Below are positions 60,073-64,000 of a stretch of 64,000 nt of DNA, one piece after another; the first letter of the stretch is position 1, and every line of letters starts with the position of its first letter. The notes beneath the pieces were generated by a model that searched no databases, was not told where the DNA came from, and saw only the letters and a list, made by a program, of their open reading frames with translations. Origin of the DNA: Psammoneis japonica (lineage: Eukaryota); contig QPGO01000051.1 of NCBI GenBank assembly GCA_008632985.1, positions 363,046-427,045 on the forward strand, in the 5' to 3' direction. A program made the translations under genes and the position numbers.

Positions 60073-60162
60073 CCCTCTGTGATTTTGCGCCCTTGCCCAC
60101 ATTGCACCCTTTGTGACTTTGCACCCTTTGCCACCATTTTGCGCCCTTTGTGATTTTGAGCA

Positions 60163-60841
60163 CTCAAGGAAAAAAAACATGTCTTTTCAAGGAAAACAAA
60201 CATGTCCTTTTGAGGAAAACAAACAGCATTCACTCATTTTCAAGGAAAACAAACGTGTCTTTTCAAGAAAAACAAACATGTCTTTTCAAGGAAAACAAAC
60301 ATGTCTTTTCAAAGAAAACAAACATGTTGTTTCAAGGAAAAAAAACATGCAAGTTCTTTCAAGGAAAAAAAACATGCAAGTTCTTTCAAGGAAAACAAAC
60401 ATGTCGTTTCAAGGAAAACAAACATGTTGTTTCAAGGAAAACAAACAAGTCGTTTCAACGAAAACAAACATGTTGTTTCAAGGAAAACCAACACGTCATT
60501 TCAAGGAAAACAAACGTGTTGTTTTGACAAAGACAAACATGTTGTTTCAAGGAAACCAAACATGTTTTTTTGAGAAAAACAAACATGTCTTTTCAAGGAA
60601 AACAAACATGTCATTTTACAGAAAACAGACATGTCTTTTCAAGGAAAACAAACATGTCATTTCAAGGAAAACAAGCGTGTCTTTTTAAGGAAAACAAACA
60701 CTTCATTTCAATGAAAACAAACGTGTTGTTTTGACAAAAACAAACGTGTTGTTTCAAGGAAAACAAACATGTTCTTTCAAGGAAAACAAGCACGTTCTTT
60801 TAAGGAAAACAAGCACGTCATTTCAAGGAAAACAAACATGC
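60163..60841 (+). repeat. 23-bp minisatellite (CATGTCTTTTCAAGGAAAACAAA)
   Basis: About 29 degenerate units in tandem. Confidence 0.92.
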
Positions 60842-60939
60842 AAAAAAGAAAAAAGAGAGCATCTGTTGGCAGCACTGCCAGTGAACCATGTTGTTCACAA
60901 GCACGTGCCTCTGGCACAAAGAGCACATTTCCACAATGC

Positions 60940-61520
60940 TGTGTTGCTGAGATTGGCGCCATGTTGTGCTTGCAGCCTGATCTTCCCAACGAATGTGCTG
61001 AGGATGGCTTTGCTCTTGGAATTTGGTTGGACAACCAGTGGCCACAAAACACAAGCTCAGCAAGCTCAACATTGAAAAAGAAGAAAAACTTGAGGAGGCT
61101 GGTGCCAAGTGGCTCTTGTGGGAAAATCAATGGGGCACAATGCCCTCTCTTCTCAAGCAATTCACGAAATGGGAGGGACATTGCAGCATGCCAAGGTGCC
61201 ACAACGAGGGTTGGGAGAACCTTGGAAAATGGTCAAGCGACCAACGGGATGCCACAAGGAAAAGGAAACTTGATGCTTCTCAACAGGAATTGCTGGAGAA
61301 GGCCAGAGCCAAGTGGGGCATTCTGGCTGAGCATTGGGAGACTGTGTTTTCTCTTCTCAAACAGCTTGTGGTGCACGGGGGGAAGCTGCAAAGTGCCCCA
61401 TTGTCACACTGAAAATGGAGAGAGACTTGGACATTGGCTGGACACGCAAAAGCAAGCATGGAAGGCTGGAAGACTGAAGAACAGCCACACAAACCAGCTG
61501 CGAGATCTTGGCATGTTTTC
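60940..61520 (+). pseudogene. Decayed helicase-associated (HA) domain repeat gene
   Basis: Three HA-like repeats across shifting frames: LGIWLDNQ; WGTMPSLLKQFTKWEGHCSMP...LGKWSSDQR; WETVFSLLKQL...CKVP...LGHWLDTQK...LRDLG. Confidence 0.75.
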
Positions 61521-61919
61521 GTCCAACAGCGGTCTCTGCTGCAAGCTGCAGCATGCAGAAGCAGAAGAGACAAAGAGAGTGCTCCAAAAGATTGACGCTT
61601 TCAAGGAGAAAGCAGACTCAAGCATCAAGACCATTCAAGCGCCAGCTGGTCCTCAAGACAATCCGAAGACATGCAAACATTGGATGACAGCAGATGCTCC
61701 AGAGGATGCAGCAGCAGCACTTTGGACATGGAGTCAACATCATTTTGGACAGGCCAAAGGTGCACCTCCTGCTGTCCCTCCCCTGTCCGTGGACTTGGGG
61801 CATGAGGGGAACGCTGTCGGGGAGCATGACACCAGCCAATTGAGCCTTGCTGCCTTGTTGCTTGTCTGGCACCTCCATCAATGCACACCTCCAGCTGTGA
61901 GCAATTCTTTGTCTTCCGC

Positions 61920-62230
61920 CACTTTGTTGTCTAAATTGAAGACATGGCCCAACAATCAACTCTGGTGTGATTTGCTGGGCGCAGCTGGGCATGAGCTTGA
62001 GCTGCCAAAGTGTTCTTTCCATGCCATTGAGTGGGATTTCACTGAGCGCAGAGAGCCACACACTCGCCCTCACCGTGAAGACCTTGGCATTGAAGTCTTC
62101 TCTGCAGACAGGCCCAAGTCCCGCTCTGGCACTCAACTGTCAGCTTGTGCTCTGCACAAAACCCTCGGACACTGCTTGGCTCCAATTGGTGCCCAGAGGA
62201 CTCAGCTGAAGAAAATCTTGCACAAGATGG
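61920..62230 (+). mobile_element. Relic of a non-LTR retrotransposon RT C-terminal region (Ambal-like)
   Basis: QLWCDLLGAAGHELELPKCSFHAIEWDF...HKTLGHCLAPIG matches the recalled post-YVDD segment W.DLL..SGG.LELPKC...W.F...HKTLG.Y.AP.G of diatom non-LTR elements. Confidence 0.7.
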
Positions 62231-62364
62231 CGCAACGCACCAAATTCTGTTGAGAGCATCCAGGTTCCGACCTCAGAGACAACCGCATTTTTCAACTTGG
62301 CAAAACGCCGTTGTCTGCGCCATTTTCATCGGGCAGGTTCTTGCTGTTCTGCAGCTCTGTCGTG

Positions 62365-63205
62365 GCCAGCAAAATGGCCAAGGGCACAAAATCAAAAAGG
62401 ACAAAAAATGTCTGTTGAGGGCGCCAAATCACAAAGAGCACAAACCAGGCAGGGGCACAAAATTGCTGAGGTCACAAAATGGCTGAGGGCGCAAAATGGT
62501 GGCTGAGGGCACAAAGCTGCCAAGGGCAAAAAATCAGAAAGGGCCCAAGGTGGCAAAGGGCACAAAACCACAATGGCCAAAAATTGCTGAAGGCACAAAA
62601 TCATGAGGGGCACCAAATGCGGCTGAGGGCCCAAAACCAAAAAAGGCACAAAGTGGACAAGGGCACAAAGTCACAAAGGGTGCAAAATGGCAAGGGCACA
62701 AAACCACAAAAAGCACAAAATGCTCAAGGGCACAAAACAGCCAAGGGCACAAAAAGGTCAAGGGCACAAAGTCAAGAATTGCGCAACATGGCTGAGGGCC
62801 CAAAACCAAAAAAGGCACAAAATGGCCAAGGGCACAAAGTCACAAAGGGCACAAAGTCACAAAGGGTGCAAAATGGCAAGGGCACAAAACCACAAAAAGC
62901 ACAAAATGCTCAAGGGCACAAAAAAAGGAAAGGGCACAAAACAGCCAAGGGCACAAAAAGGTCAAGGGCACGAAGTCAAGAATTGCACAACATGGCTGAG
63001 GGCCCAAAGCCAAAAAAGGCACAAAATGGCCAAGGGCACAAAGCCACAAAGGGTGCAAAATGGCCAAGGGCACAAAACCACGAGATGTGGCAAAGTGCTC
63101 AAGGGCACAAAAAAAGGAAAGGGTGCAAAACAGCCAAGGGCACAAAAAGGTCAAGGGCGCAAAGTCAACAATTGCGCGACATGGCTGAGGGCACAAAGCC
63201 TCAAA
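62365..63205 (-). repeat. Satellite related to the 56-60 kb array, in inverted orientation, with higher-order repeats
   Basis: Units AAGGGCACAAAA / AAATGGCCAAGGGCACAAAGTCACAAAGGGTGCAAAATGG are the reverse complement of the 17-bp family. Longer blocks recur at a spacing of about 185-210 bp. Confidence 0.85.
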
Positions 63206-63328
63206 GGTGCCCCCAGCGCCAAACACTTGCGCCGCAAATCTTGTTTGATCAGCGCCCTGCCAGTGGGCTGCGTCTCTTCAGTGCCCCGCTGCAACATGTG
63301 GCGAGATTGTTCTCGATTTAAAGACCAC

Positions 63329-63548
63329 CGAAAATGCGAAAATGCAAAAATGCGAAAATGCAAAAATGCGAAAATGCGAAAATGCGAAAAAAAAAAATGC
63401 GAAAATGCAAAAAAAATGCGAAAATGCAAAAAAAATGCGAAAATGCAAAATGCGAAAATGCGAAAATGCGAAAATGCGAAAATGCGAAAATGCGAAAATG
63501 CGAAAATGCGAAAATGCGAAAATGCGAAAATGCGAAAATGCGAAAATG
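63329..63548 (+). repeat. 8-bp tandem repeat (CGAAAATG)n
   Basis: Perfect GCGAAAAT units toward the 3' end and GCAAAAAT variants toward the 5' end. Confidence 0.95.
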
Positions 63549-64000
63549 ATGTGACGCACCAAATTCCGTTGAGAGTGTCCAGATTCCGACCTCAGAGACA
63601 ATCGCATTTTTCCATTTGGTGAAACGCCGTTGTCCGTGCTGTTTTGCGTGTTGCTTTGAGCCGCAGAGCCAGAAAACACTCCCAAAAAATTGCCCTGCAG
63701 GGCAAACAAAAGAGCAGCACAGAAAGAGAAACTGTGCGCAAATTGAGCGGTTGCAAACATGTGAAGCCTCAGCAAAATACACAGCACGAATGGCAGCGCA
63801 TGAGGTCGGCTGCGATGCAACAGAAGCGACGTTGTCAATGCGAACCTTCGGCAAGAATTTTTGCCATGATCTGCCCATGCGGGCCTTGACGTTCTCGAGC
63901 TTGTCTCACAGAAGATGATGTGACAGCGCCAAGCTCCATTGAGAGCATCCAGGTTCCGACCTCAGAGATGACTGCATTTTTCAGTTTGGCAAAACGCCGT

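Larger units (their letters stand above)
56038..60162 (+). repeat. 17/20-bp satellite (CCCTTTGTGATTTTGCA, CCCTTGGCCATTTTGCA, CCCTTTGCCGCCATTTTGCA), interrupted by a TRIM and MITEs
   Basis: Array segments at 56038-57169, 58018-59104, 59365-59517 and 60073-60162. Confidence 0.95.
50690..64000. other. TpA-depleted block 5: more than 13 kb of gene-free satellites, MITEs, a TRIM and retroelement or gene relics
   Basis: TA is very rare throughout (roughly two dozen seen, many inside MITEs). The block starts about 120 bp after the stop codon at 50572. Confidence 0.92.
62237..64000 (+). repeat. Three dispersed copies of a roughly 80-bp repeat (about 62237-62315, 63556-63635 and 63926-64000)
   Basis: Core TTGAGAG(CA/TG)TCCAG(G/A)TTCCGACCTCAGAGA...GCATTTTTC...TTGG(CA/TG)AAACGCCGT. 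Confidence 0.85.

Noticed and set aside
56038..60841. CRISPR-like array
   Set aside because: The units are contiguous with no unique spacers, there are no cas genes, and the context is eukaryotic.
60769..62253. 494-aa ORF as a real gene
   Set aside because: It is a chance read-through of satellite, frameshifted HA repeats and an RT relic, and it has no Tyr.
54281..63878. Long repetitive ORFs (e.g. 57941-59251, 56022-57206, 54406-55158, 62687-63622)
   Set aside because: They are translations of satellites and are open in several frames on both strands because TAA and TAG are missing. There is no sign that they are genes.
1..64000. Classical RIP or CpG-methylation decay as the cause of the compositional blocks
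   Set aside because: RIP would raise TpA, and CpG decay does not remove TpA. CpG survives in the blocks, e.g. (CGAAAATG)n, and copy comparisons show TA as the ancestral state. Some CpG decay may still co-occur.

Overview
Eukaryotic genomic DNA, most likely from a diatom or another photosynthetic stramenopile (short GT-AG introns, bipartite plastid-targeting N-termini, a diatom-type LRR membrane protein and a DUF1800-DUF1501 fusion). About 16 protein-coding genes lie in blocks of ordinary composition. They alternate with five sharply bounded blocks (about 1-2900, 14690-16790, 27175-29550, 31575-33680 and 50690-64000) from which the dinucleotide TpA is almost entirely missing, while CpA and TpG are abundant and CpG persists. 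These blocks hold only satellites, transposon relics and dead gene copies. Comparing related repeat copies and an intact gene with its pseudogenes inside the window shows the direction of change: TA has become TG or CA, i.e. A-to-G at TpA on either strand. This looks like a repeat- or heterochromatin-targeted hypermutation system that runs opposite to fungal RIP, and it is the main finding. The window also contains six related MITEs with verifiable 4-bp target-site duplications, a miniature LTR element (TRIM) with a tRNA-like internal segment, several satellites, a CTAG-rich patch at one block boundary, an ascorbate peroxidase-ankyrin fusion, and three apparent 1-bp frameshifts in otherwise intact genes. 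All counts and alignments were done by eye and no database search was run.
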